Below the pieces are notes generated by a model. The model saw only the letters and a list, made by a program, of their open reading frames with translations, was not told where the DNA came from and did not search any database. From Balanoglossus misakiensis (lineage: Eukaryota; Animalia; Hemichordata), in contig CM082577.2 in NCBI GenBank assembly GCA_040954595.2, positions 7,279,846 to 7,343,845 of the forward strand: a stretch of DNA of 64,000 nucleotides, written 5' to 3'. Shown here piece after piece: positions 12,023 to 24,300 of the stretch; position 1 is the stretch's first letter; each line of letters begins with the position of its first letter. A program made the position numbers and the translations under genes.

Positions 12023-14148
12023 TCACACCATGTTAATTTGTGATTTCTTCAACGTTTCACCAAGCTTTGCCCACAGCAAGTTCTGCGCATGCCTATTGTC
12101 ACTCCATTCGATATGATTGCCCCGTCTCATCAGGTACTGCAAGAGTCCAGGCATCTTGCCGAGTGACACGTTCTCCTTGAGGATAATGACGGCCAGGTCT
12201 CGGTGCTCGTCGAACATCTTCTGGCGAACCATCTCCAGCTCGAAATAACACCACTCACTCTCGATGAAGTCGTTGGTCACGACGAAGACAGTCTTGCGAC
12301 TCTCGTCGACGCTTTGAATGATGTTGTCGGCGATGGTTTCTCCGAGGATGAAATCGCGGAAGTCGAGACAAAGTCTGTAGTTGTGAGGAGGGCCTTCTAG
12401 TGTTGGTCTCAAAGTGCCGTGAACCCAGTCTTCGTCCTTGCTGGAATGGGATATGAAAGCATCGTATTTGAATTCGTCTTCTTCACCTTTCAACTCTTCA
12501 TAACGCCAGATCTTTCGTTTGATTTCATACACCAGGTACCTACATGAATGAGAAATGTTGATAAAGTTAATATATCGTAACAGAAAATAGTATGACGCCG
12601 TTGTTAGTAGACTAAAATTAATGACCATTTTCTTGAAGGAACTTGGCACACGTCACTTATGTTAATCCTGTCTTTTTCCTGCTAGAATGGGAAATGAAAG
12701 CGGTGTTTTTGAACTCGTCGTTCAATTTTCCAGCTCATCATACCGTCGAATTGTTATACCATAAGGTGATACACTGATATACTCGTGTCTATAATGTAGT
12801 AATGCCACATTCATTGGTTTCAGCCAGTCTTGTATATACGCTTGTCTCGCTTTTCAAGCTGTGCATGGTTGAATGACCAGCTGGCCACTTTTTATTCGGA
12901 GAGAGACTGTGGGTGCAACAATCGTGATCGCATACCATTCACGTTGATGAAGGTGAACGCACACACAAACTGCTCGTTATGCCAGTCACGTACAGCTGAG
13001 CTCATGCATCTCCAATAAAACTTTGTGTGTGTCACTTCAAGACAATTGAGGGCACAAATGGTTGCAGCTTCCGTTGTGAACGCATAGCCAGCCAGTCTCA
13101 GCAAAAATGTGCTGCGTGTCACGGAATCCAATTATCGCACTTCCTGAAAAATTATCAAAGACATATTTCGCACGAAACCGACTTACCTGACTCGCCACCG
13201 ATGGATAAATAACAGCACACAAAGGGCAAACACCGCAATGCCACACAGGCAACTGGCGAACACCGTGCCAACGGGGAAGTCGCATTGCAGATCACCCGGG
13301 TCGAATTGTGTGAAGTTCAATCCGGATGTACATTTCACATTTTCCGTGAGAACTCCAACGTCCGTTGTTGCCACCCATGTATGAAACCACGCCAGATCAC
13401 AAGCACAGTGAAACTGATTGTTTGAAACGCTTAAAGCGGTTAAATTCGCTAGATCTTGGAATCCAACGTCGGGGGTGATGGCGCTTAATTGGTTGTTCGC
13501 GACATATACTCCTCTGACATTCGGGGAACCGCTGAACATTTGCTTTGGCAGAAACCGAAGTGAGTTGAAGCTTAAGCCAACATAGATCAAACTTGGAAGG
13601 TCGCGGAAGAGGGGTTCTGGTAGAAATGTGAGTCGGTTATCGTTCAGCGCTACACGTCTAAGTTTGGTGTTGCGGCGGAATGCATGCCGGGAAATATGTT
13701 CTATGTAGCTGGCCGAGATGTGCAAAACTGTCAAACTTGTCAGGGGTCTCAACGTCTCGTCGGTGATCGCAGAAGTACCTGTGTTGTGATCCAAGTAGAG
13801 ATGTTCGACTGAGCTCAGTCCTTGCAAAACACTGACCCGATCAAGTTCCAGATGGTTGTGACTCAGGTCAAGTAATCGCAATTTCTTGAGGCGGGACAAA
13901 AGCGCTCCTCCCACGTGGCGAAGTTCGTTGTATTCCAGGTGCAGCGCAACCGTGTCCGGCGGCAAGTCGTCGGGAATTCGGTCGTTACCCCTGCAGGTGA
14001 CCCAGAGACCGAGCGCACGGCACGTCTGGCAAGTGCAATACTCGGGCGAACAGGTCACATTTGTGGCATCAACGCATGTACGCCCGGCCGTCGACGGGCG
14101 AACTGACAGGAGAAACAATGCCAGGACTAATCCGGTGTACATGTACAT
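12023..14148 (-). CDS. Toll-like receptor with short LRR ectodomain, TM and TIR (~492 aa, 2 coding exons)
   Basis: Exon 1 14148-13187 carries the signal peptide, LRRNT, LxxLxLxxN repeats, LRRCT NQFHCACDLAWF and TM VFASCLCGIAVFALCVLLFI, with donor AG|GTAAGT. Exon 2 12539-12023 carries the TIR (YDAFISHSSKDEDWV..RLCLDFRDFILG..SEWCYFEL..IEW). The phase-2 junction is in frame. Confidence 0.92.
12615..12755 (-). pseudogene. Decayed duplicate of the TIR-exon 5' part inside the TLR intron
   Basis: The minus strand reads IRRYDELEN*, then after a frameshift DEFKNTAFISHSSRK, versus the functional IWRYEELKGEEDEFKYDAFISHSSKD. DNA GACGAGTTCAAAAACACCGCTTTCATTTCCCATTCTAGCAGG aligns with GACGAATTCAAATACGATGCTTTCATATCCCATTCCAGCAAG. 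Confidence 0.75.
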
Positions 14149-14547
14149 GATTCTTCCCCGCTGTAAATTGTACGATGCGGTTCGAAACTGATGTCGCAGT
14201 GTAGTGCAGTGCAAGTTAATTTCTCATGCGTAAAGAACTACCACGCTCTGAATAGTGATAAACGCCCCCCGAGGCCCAAAGACAACTCCCCTCTATTTTA
14301 TCCAGATTTTTCCGCATTCCAGATGTACAACGTCAAGTGATGATTGAAAAGAACAGGATAAAGTAAATAAAGTAACTTCATATCAGTGACATAGCACCTC
14401 CTTCCGGAAAGCTGACGTATTTCCATTCAGCCCAAAAATCTTAATTATCGACTGCTGTACCTGCTTTATAATGGAGCTACATGTATGCTGCCACCAATAA
14501 AACCCAGACAATCGAACATACAGAGGGAAACTGAAAGGTTTTGAAAA

Positions 14548-14726
14548 ATCAATCAATGAATCAATCAATCAATCAATCAATCAAACAAACAAACAAACAA
14601 ACAAACAAACAAACAAACAAACAAACAGTAAGTTAACCAATCAATCAATCAATATCTTTATATCCGTCTATTGCAAAATCTATCAATCAATCAACCAGCC
14701 AACCAATCAATCATTCAATCAATCAA
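14548..14726. repeat. (ATCA)n/(AACA)n tetranucleotide microsatellite
   Basis: Directly visible between the TLR and LENG9-like genes. Confidence 0.9.
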
Positions 14727-15458
14727 TGGACCCTACACAGATACATGAGCGGGCGTGTGTTGGCTTACAGTTTAAAGTGTACGTGTATAAACTAGAGTCT
14801 TGCACAATTTCGCTTTGGGGATAATAATTTTGTTCGTAACTTCTGCTTTTATACGGTCAACTTCCTGATTTCGAATCTTGCCAGAGCTCGTATATGTGAT
14901 CAATCCGTCACATCTTGGCGCAGTATGCCACCCTGCCCGGCGAACCTTAAAAGGCGCCCTCAATTGTTCAGACAGCTAATTTTCACAGAGTTGGTATTCT
15001 GGTTTCACATACCCTATTCTTGTACAACATACATTTGTGATTAGTGCAAAACATACCATTCCATTGTTTTGAATTATATTAGCATTGCACAGAAATCATG
15101 TGAGACATATACAAAAAGTTATTTGTAGAGATTTTTTTTATTAAAGTCATTCTCAATCTCAGAATGCTACCCTGTATTTAAGTGAAGTGTTGACACAGCA
15201 GTGTAAATTATGAACCAAAGGTTAAATTGCATAATAATGCGTGCCTGATTCTTACGAAAACATCCCCCTTTATTTTATGCGTGACTTTTGTTTAAATGTT
15301 GTTAAAATTCTGTATAAAATTAATATGCTGAGGGAGTTTTAATCATATTTGTAGCTAGAATTACAACTGTTGCTACTAGTGTTAAAATCAGTGGAACATT
15401 AAGAGTGATGTCTTCTTATGGACTTGGTGACATTCGCTCTGTACACTTTATATTCTCT

Positions 15459-16164
15459 TTATTCATACACATCAACACTCATAGCAGTTTGATAGAAGCC
15501 ATCATGTCTCTGCCCCTCACTCATTGAGCAGAGGTGCAACGATTCTATGGCCTGGGCTCCGAAATAATCATCCAGGAATTCGTAATAACTGTTCTGGTCC
15601 AGAGATTGGCTTCCGAGTTGCCTAGCAACAGGTCTGGTCAGTTTGACTATGGTCATGTGAGGGACGTACTCTTCCCGGTTGCCGGCCAGTTTGACACCGG
15701 CCGACTTGAACAGCGATGTGACGTGCTCGTAGAATCTCAACAGCGCTGGTTCTTGTCGCGGGGCCGTGTAGAGAACACGGTCGCGGAAGACGTTGAGTCC
15801 GTCGAACTTCAGCAGCGTGGCGGGAGGCAGGAGACGCGACAGTTCGTGTTTGAGATCTCTGAGCACGCCGCACGCGTTCTTCATTTGGGTTTCCGTGTCG
15901 ATTCTCAGCGTGCAGATAGTCAGGTGAAGCTTAGCGACGGGGACGCAACTGGGCGCCAGTTTGGGTTCAGTTTCTACCATCTTATCTTGTACCCTCTGCA
16001 CAGCGGCAGCGATTTCGGGGTTTGTGACTCGCAGCGCCAGGAAGTAATTCGGTCGGTTCGGATCTTTGCGCGTGCGTCTTGGCGCGGAGGTTGTAGCGCT
16101 CTGTGGTTCACGTTCTTCTGCCACTCCATCCACATCTTGGAAATCATCATCATTGCTATCGCCC

Positions 16165-16233
<69 letters not shown>

Positions 16234-17569
16234 CTGTTGCCTGGTAACTTCTTGTACTTCGCGAGGACATCACTGATCGTGACGCCGCTTCCCGTCGAAC
16301 CGAACACATTGTCCAACCTGGTGTTCTTGTCCCACACGATGACGTCCTTGTACTTGAAGTACTGAATTCTGTGCCTGGGAATGGCCAACACCTGGTGGTC
16401 CAGCGAGGCCAAGTTGTTGGTCCAGTCGAACGCACCGAAAGAATTCTCAATGACGCCCAGGAATCGATCTAAATAACCAACAGTCATGCGTTTTGCTGGG
16501 AGGCGTCTATCCCATAATATCCTGGAGATGACATCGTCTGCTGTCTTCATGGGGGGTTTCTTCTTATCAATGTCGGCATCATCATCCTTGGCGACGTCGG
16601 TTTTCTTCGTCTTCTCAGGATGAACCAGCTGATCACCCTCCTTCACTTCATGAACCATCTTGACAGCTCCCGGACCGTCGTGCCTGTTCTTACATTTATC
16701 ACCAAATCTACATTTACCCTGTAAGTGGAACTGACATACTGGCGTCTCTTCCGGTTTCTCTGCATCTGTTGCCATGGTGATATCCTCACTCTGCATCCTG
16801 CCGTCAAGCCAGTCCTGCGCATACTGTATCAGCGTGTAAATCATGGCAGTGCCTTTGTTTTGCTGAGCAATTTCATAGATCTCTGTGCACAGACCATCGA
16901 GCATTTCGTCTGAAATTCTGCTCCCATCTTTGGCGTCTATGTCAACTCTTGGGGGAGTGTTTGGATAGGTATCTGAGAAAGGATGATAGAAAAATATCGT
17001 TTGAATAATCTCTCATGTAACATAAATATCTGCATTAACAGTCTGAAGGCCAAAATCTTTAGTGAAACCTGTTCCGCACCAGCAGTATACTGCCCTCACA
17101 AGGCCATTTTGAATTATTTGTGAAACTGGCACATGAAATATACTCTCTCACATGAAGGTCTTTATTTTAAAATTATTCTCTGTATACAGCGTAATGTCGT
17201 GATCCCAACCCCAAAATAGGGTGTACTACCAATAATGATCCCACTTGAGTTGTGAAGTTACTTTACAACATCAAATTATTAAACTCTCAAGCAAATTTAT
17301 CGGAGTAGGGGTAGGTTGTGTTGGCATTCGCATAACTGCAGCTTGACCTGGCTGATCGTGCCTTCATGCCAGCTACTAGGGAACTAAATGTTTTTCTTAC
17401 CTTTGAGACTGAATATAAGTGATACCTCAGTATCCCTCAATGAGATCTGAACCTTGTTGCTATAGCAACCACTAGTGTTTACAAGATGCTCAAACTCCTC
17501 GCCATATATAGATTGTAACGCCTGTATTTCCTGGTTTTGCTCTTCGAGACTGTTACCTCCCTCCGCCAT
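15459..17569 (-). CDS. LENG9: LENG9-like protein: RWD, CCCH zinc finger, MJ1316 (DUF504), poly-Asp, AKAP7-like 2H phosphoesterase (~560 aa)
   Basis: Coding exons 17569-17401 (MAEGGNSLEEQNQEIQALQSIYG, RWD start) and 16972-15459. The second contains the RWD motif DTYPNTPP, CQFHLQGKCRFGDKCKNRH, KKPPMKTADDVISRILWD..GYLDRF..IPRHRIQYFK, and RPNYFL..LHLTI..PHMTI. A probable non-coding first exon has its donor at 17928 and the acceptor at 17606. Confidence 0.9.
16165..16233. repeat. Coding (GAT)n trinucleotide repeat encoding poly-Asp in the LENG9-like gene
   Basis: Pure (TCA)n on the plus strand, in frame as a D-run on the minus strand. Confidence 0.95.
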
Positions 17570-17928
17570 GATCAGATCGAGCTTGGGATATTACAGGTGT
17601 CAAATCTGAAGAGGAGTGAGATTGGTGTTTGTACTTGGATTAATTATGATTCAGTGACTGGGCAAATCGAGGCGATATCAACGCTTTTCTATCTCTTGCA
17701 TGCATGTCTTTCAAACACTGCAAATGTAATCATATTCCGTGCAGGCTCCCATGGAAGCAAAAGTATATGATCAGCGATTCCCCTGTAATTCATTTCATCA
17801 GCATTGCACTTGATCGGAGAGCGCAGATCCGAACTAAACTGTATGAATAATGAAAGTTGGCCCAAACTGACACTGGCATGAACATGAGGATTTTGACTGT
17901 TTCTCGATCGGTCACGAACGCTACTTAC

Positions 17929-18317
17929 CTATTAAGCCTTCCGTAGTTTAAGTTTTCGCAGCTTCCAAATCTGTATCTTTGGTGAATCTAACCTGGGGTT
18001 TTATTCTCCTTCGAAGTGACCCACACATTGCCCTTTCTTGTGCAATCCCAAACAGTATGACGTCAAAGTGCCAAAAATAGCAATGAACTTTGACCTGGAA
18101 TCCTCCCGTTTTGAAGCCAACCTAAGGGGCCTTGAAACCCCTCCTCCCAGGTAGAGAGAGAATGGTGGTTGCGAAAATGGCGGTGCAGTGAGTGACATAC
18201 TCAACAAGTTCAGGAAAATATCTCGTTTCGTGACATTCGCGTAGTACTTCTAGACGGAAAAGGGACTGTGTTCTCGCCCGAGTCATCTTAAGGACCTTGT
18301 TTCAAGCGCTGGACAAA
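17929..18317. promoter_or_regulatory. Bidirectional promoter shared by LENG9-like (-) and tweety (+)
   Basis: Divergent ATGs at 17569 and 18318. The interval holds a palindromic CRE TGACGTCA (18058-18065) and a YY1-type AAAATGGCGG (18174-18183). Confidence 0.6.
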
Positions 18318-21300
18318 ATGGAAACGTATAACTACACAGCAACTTGGCTGGCGGAATGGTTTAACGACTGGCCGCGAGTGTTGATATCGAAAGGATTCGA
18401 GGAAGTCAACTCCAGCTCAACGTTTATACCCGATTCGTACGATTATTTAGAGGTAGGTTTTGCCGTGCGTTCGGGCTGAGTTTGGACCCGTGTATACATT
18501 TCAAAATGAGGGGGAACGAGCATCATGTTGTATCTCTCCGAGCGAGTAGAGTCCAGAAAATGTTCAATGGATTTGTTTCAAAATACGTGTTCATACAAAC
18601 ACGGTCGGGTACAAAATCCATATGAACAACAGTCAACACGAGACTTTGTGTACACACTACACACTGTTGATAAGAGACAAGACTTGTGAAGAACACAAGT
18701 TTACTGTGTTTAATTTCTTCCTTCCTGGAGAGTTTTTCTTTGCAAAATATTAGCTCCCTAACATTAGCCCAAACACTTAACTTTTTGATTGATAATGATA
18801 GTGATAAGACACGTACCAAAATCGTATGAAATGTACAGCAGTGGACTGTAACAGTTCAGCGTTCCTTCTTTGTAAACGAACGAACGAACTGTTATGCCTC
18901 ATACTTCTTCTCGTTCGTTTTTCCTATGCACACTGAGGGGATAAAGTTTAGTACACTTAAAAAATAAGTTAATTAAAGCTACAATTAGAGTACAAAAGAA
19001 GGTGTTAATTTATTTATTTTCATTTTCACAACCTTTTTGTTTTTAGTTTGACAGGGATCTGACAGTGACAGCACATGTGTGCCTTGAAGAGTATACTCTA
19101 GTACGTTTATGCGTGCTACATACCGTATGCTTTGTTTATTTGAGACAAAAAAAAACATTCTTAGTATATTTCTTGTATATTTAGAATACAGAAAATATTG
19201 AAAAATTGATTTTGAAACATAAGCAATTGGACTAATTAACAGATCAAACGACATCAACCAGTGAGGGACCCACTTGCAGATAGTGGTGGCATTCCTGATT
19301 TTCTTTGCCTTTAGTGTTGTATTGTAAATCGTTGTCCTTCGCTCTGTTTGGGAAAATCGTCATTGTAAAGGCAGACGACGGTTGGAAAGATTGCTTTGTG
19401 TCTAGCAGAATATTAGGCAGTGACTCTCCAGTGACTATATCGCCTGGAGTTGTACTTTCAATCTCATAATTATTCAGTGAACATTTTGCCTTGTTCAAGC
19501 TAGCCGGCCTTTTGTCTGAATGCGCTCGTCATGATGTCGCCACGGTTAAAGAGATGACAGTCATCTCTAGTCTACGAGTACTTTTGAACAAGACACAAAT
19601 TACTGTAGTTATTTATTTGCTCTTGAAGGGACATTTTCTTGCATTTTAGACTTAGATTTTCCTGAAGGTCTTGCACAGGATTGGCCAGTGGAGCTGTATA
19701 CCAGCATGTGATTGACGAGAGGGAAAATATCCATTGCTTTAAAAGATGGTTACTCATTCAACAAAGACGGTGACTACTGTCTTTGTTGAATGAATAACCA
19801 TCTTTTTCTGTGGAACTCAGATGCCTTGAAGCTGACTGTGGATCATATCTTCCGCTGGTAGATCCAGATTTTTGTTGTTAAACTGCAGTGTTGTTCTAAA
19901 TCTGAGACTCAAATTTCTACTAAGCGATGGTCAGATCCTTGGCTAGCACTAGCAGTATAGTTAAAATGTGAGACTCCAGCACATCATGAAAGGATAGTGA
20001 AGTCAAGATGATAAATATTTTTACTAAGCGTAACGATGACGAGGATCAAACCGCAGATTTATGCTGAAAAGGGGAATAAACCGACACGCTGGCCAGCATA
20101 AACAGCCATCTTTTGTGTGCTGAAAAGAATACACTTACTACACAGCAGCTGTAAGTGTCTGTTGAGCTTAGCTTGTCTGATATTTGATCAATCTAAACAG
20201 GCGATGTCCCTGGAAATTTAAGGTGACCTTCTGAAGACCTTGCCGAATTTTCAGTGTGCCAGATGTTTGCTTTTAGGAAGTCTCCAAACATGTATTATAT
20301 TTCTGTAGGATTTTATGTTGACTGAAGAGAAAAGCAAATAGGCATTAGGATCGTAAAGAATTGCATTTGCTAGGCATCTGATTTATTTAGAATTACAGTT
20401 ATGTTGACCGATACATTTTACCAAATAACCATATTTGATCTTCGTGTGTTCTAGATTTTCAGTTATCTATTGGGATAATTTTTTGTTCAAATAAAAAAAA
20501 TGTTGAATGAGTTATGTTTTCAAGAGTGGTATTCTAATAGGAAATTCCTGTAGTCAAATTGTGTACACATTATTTGATGGAGTGCAAAGCTTACAGGCTC
20601 TAAGGTGAGAGCGATGTGTTTGCTTTGTGTGGTGAACAGAGCATTGGGAGCAGTCTGATCACCAATACAAAATATCAATTGCATTGAGCCATTGCATTGT
20701 GGGAAGGGTGACTGAAATGATGCTGTGACTTAATTAGTATGACTTTGATATCATCTCAGCTGGACCAATCGGCAGTCAGAAATGCTGCACATACCGCTCC
20801 ACAAATATGATTTGATCATGAATTCTTATTTCCATAGATGCTGGCCTCTGCTGGAAACATCCCCAACCATAATTATATCATCACTAATCTCACAGTTTTG
20901 AGTGAAAAATTATGTATACTCATATCGGTTAAATCATGTTGGTGATGAATTTTTGGAAAAAATCATAATAACTGACAATTACATAGGAAATGCTGCGTAA
21001 ATTTCTAACTCTGCTGGTAGAGAATAGCACAAATATAACACATATTTGAAGAGATACCACAAATAGGCAAGCATAGGTATCATCTCATTAGGAAATAACA
21101 ATCGTACCCCCTACAGGAAACGTAGTCTTATCTCTACTTCAACTTCAAGACATCTGACAAACTTCACGCATGTCAAGATGGTGCATGGGCATCGCTCATT
21201 TAATTAACCCTGATAGGCCGATGACATCTTTGTCTGTTTATGTCCTCAACAACAAGGGCTACAACGTGACCTTGAAAGCCGAAGTTCGAGAAGCCATACC

Positions 21301-24300
21301 AGGAAATCCTTTGTAAAACAAGATACCCCTGAGATGAATTGATACGTCATCTGAGAGTTCGGAGTAGGAAGCTTTGAAGTCATACCCAACATGCACCGGG
21401 AAAGTTTGTGGACATTTGTGGCGATAGCAGAGGTGCAGATGAAGCTCAAAGGTCAAAAGTAGTTTGCATCATTGAAAGATAACCTGCACAATAGTCTGCC
21501 TGTGCAGATGCCTCATTCGGTCGGATTTGATTGAAGGTTTGCTGTCCTACTGCATCCATTTACTTTGAACATACACCAGAATATCGAGTCAGTCTGTTTT
21601 TGTAGCTATTTTCCCCCAATGTCATGTCAAACTACTAGTATTTGCTGAACATAAAGACAAGCAGGAGAATGCCAATGTTGACATTTTCAAGTTTAATTGA
21701 TGGACATCAGATTCCTTTGTGATGAATTTAATAGGTGGGGTTAGTTATACATGAATGTAAACAGTGTGGATTACTGGTGTTATGAATGCACAGCCCTCTT
21801 TGTTAGCTCAATGGGTAGCCTGATTGCAAGTTCAGTAGCTTATCTGCTGTGGAACTTGAAAGGCACAATATTCAAGAAAGTGAAATACATTCGAGATGTG
21901 TTTAAAGGATAATCACACAGTTTGATTGCTGAAATCCTTCAACTCGATGGTTAAGAAATTTGACATTTAAGGTTATCAAGAAATTACCAATAGGGGTTAG
22001 TGTGTGTTATAGGGAACTCCATAGCCTAGTACCTCGCCGTATTTTGTCCGCTTTGACGGCTAGATACTAGGCAAGATCTGTTCTGGATGTAAAGAGATTT
22101 CCCCTTGGAACCATGGATGTGTTCAGTTTTGTGGCTATATCCATCCAACAGCTGTCTCCAACATGTTCAGCAGATTTTGCATTGTATTCTTTCAAGGTCA
22201 ATAGGGCACATACTGGTCTGGTTACACTTCACAGACTGATGGCAGAGCGTATCCCAGTTCCCCAATTTCACCCCTCCTGGTTCCCCGAGGCTATGAAAGA
22301 GGCACATTCCCTAACTATGTGGGTTCTGTGCAATTATTTGTAATGTCGGTTCAACACTGAGAAAGTGTATTTGGTTTGCTCATTGTGTGATCCTTCAAAG
22401 TATCAACATGGACAGTATATTGCTGCATCTTTTGGCTTTTAATGTCTGGTCTGTCTCGTAGCAGGTACACCACATTTGAACAAGATAATAATTATATAGT
22501 GTCTACATGATTCTTCTGGATGGGTTTGTGCATAGAATTCGTAGCTTTGACAGACTGAATCATATCTAAACCTCTCTCCAGTGCAGTTTGAAACGTCCCT
22601 TGTCATTGGCCAGGCCAGACCTTTAAAAGTTTAATTGTACTAGGAAATGAAGGTTACAGGGCTAAATGGTTCTGTATCAACAGCATGCCAAGCAGCCAGC
22701 TACTCGTGAAACGCCTGTGTTTGTGGATATCATTGGAACGAGACACTGTTGAACGCAATCAGCACCGGATGAATAAAGTCATAATACAGTGAATGTGTGG
22801 CCTCAGGCAAGTCCAACAAACATTCCCAATGAAATGGAAAGAGATTAAAAGGGTTAAGGCTTTCATTATAATGACATACTGGCTGGTTTTTACTCCTCCT
22901 TTTGCCTTGAAACGGAATTTGACTGCACATCTGTTCAGAGTCTTCACTCTTGGTAATATTGATCCCGGTGAGCCGTGCATTATCAGTCAATGCTCTGAAG
23001 CAATTTAGAATGCTCTTTAAAAAGTGATAGGGCCATCCAAAGGCATCCATTTTCCGTCTTGCCATTACAGAGTTGGATTGTGAGGACACTGTCAGGCAGA
23101 CAAGAAGTGAGAGTTTTGTCTCAATAGAACGCTGGATATTCATGATTTGTTTGTCTTAACCAGTTTGAATGAAAATTGGTTAAAAAAAGTAGGGATCAAA
23201 ATAGCAAATTTTGGGGTTTTGTAATGACGAAGTCAATGTACATTTTGCTTAACTCTGTCGTGAAGATGGGTAGGGACTGTTTACTTAACCAGTATATAAA
23301 AATCTTTTCATGGTAAACCTGTAAATTCTCACACATACATGTCCATGTATTATTAATACCCCCCCCCCCCCATTTTTTTTTCGTCTTCTGTCATATGAAC
23401 TCTCGACTGTAAACTTTCTGTGGCAGAGGCTCTTTGACCTGTCCCCTACGGCAAATACTTGTTAAATGGCAGTGAGATCGGTTCCATTCAACGAGCTTGC
23501 ACAAAGAAACACTCCAATATGGCATGTGTCGGAGGTGACAATGGCTGCAAAGAATACTTGTCTGCACCACCCGCCATTTATTACAACAAAACCGCTGCGA
23601 CCAATCCAAGTGGTCTTTTAGGTCTTTGGTTTCCAAGCATTTGACAACCGCATTGTGTAACTGGGGGCTTATCGGTACTTTGCGGGAGAAATAGCCACTT
23701 GGCCGGCCAGTGGCAAACATTGGCTGCAGAGCAGAGCCGAGCTGAGCAGACACACTGTGGTTTCCTTAGACTGTTTTGAGTCCAGTGTTGAATAAGTTGT
23801 CAAGCTGGTTGCATGTAAATGTTCTTTTTTCCCCTTTGTCGGCCCAACGTCCATGATTTTTAGTGCAACTGCCAATAGCAATGCCTTTGTCATAAACAGT
23901 AACACCATGTATGTTCAAATCAAACCTGGATGCTCGGGATATTTTCAAATGACCTCTATGGTTAGCGGTCACACCACCATGGTTTCTTTTCATGCTTGGT
24001 AAAGCTGGTTTCATGCGGGACTGAGATCATAATCTGCATTAATGTTGCGGCAGGAAATTGTTCAAAATTTTATGTTTCTGTTTTACCTGTGGTTCATACC
24101 GGTGTTTCGTTAAATAGCTGTGACTCGAAAGTTTACACTTGGTAGAATAAGTCATGCGAGTTTCGATACAATGTAGGTGGGGACAGGTCATCACATTATT
24201 CCTATACTTATACCTGAAGTGAGAATGCTGGCCTTATGCCAATACACACGAGTGGGCTTGACCAGGCCCGCAATTAGTACATTTTAGTGGTCAATTTATC

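Noticed and set aside
14149-14214. N-terminal extension of the 343-aa TLR ORF
   Set aside because: Begins at a non-ATG codon; the signal peptide starts at ATG 14148 or 14142.
15534-16450. Long overlapping ORFs with poly-I, poly-M or poly-S
   Set aside because: Alternative-frame or antisense shadows of the GC-rich LENG9-like exon and its (GAT)n repeat.
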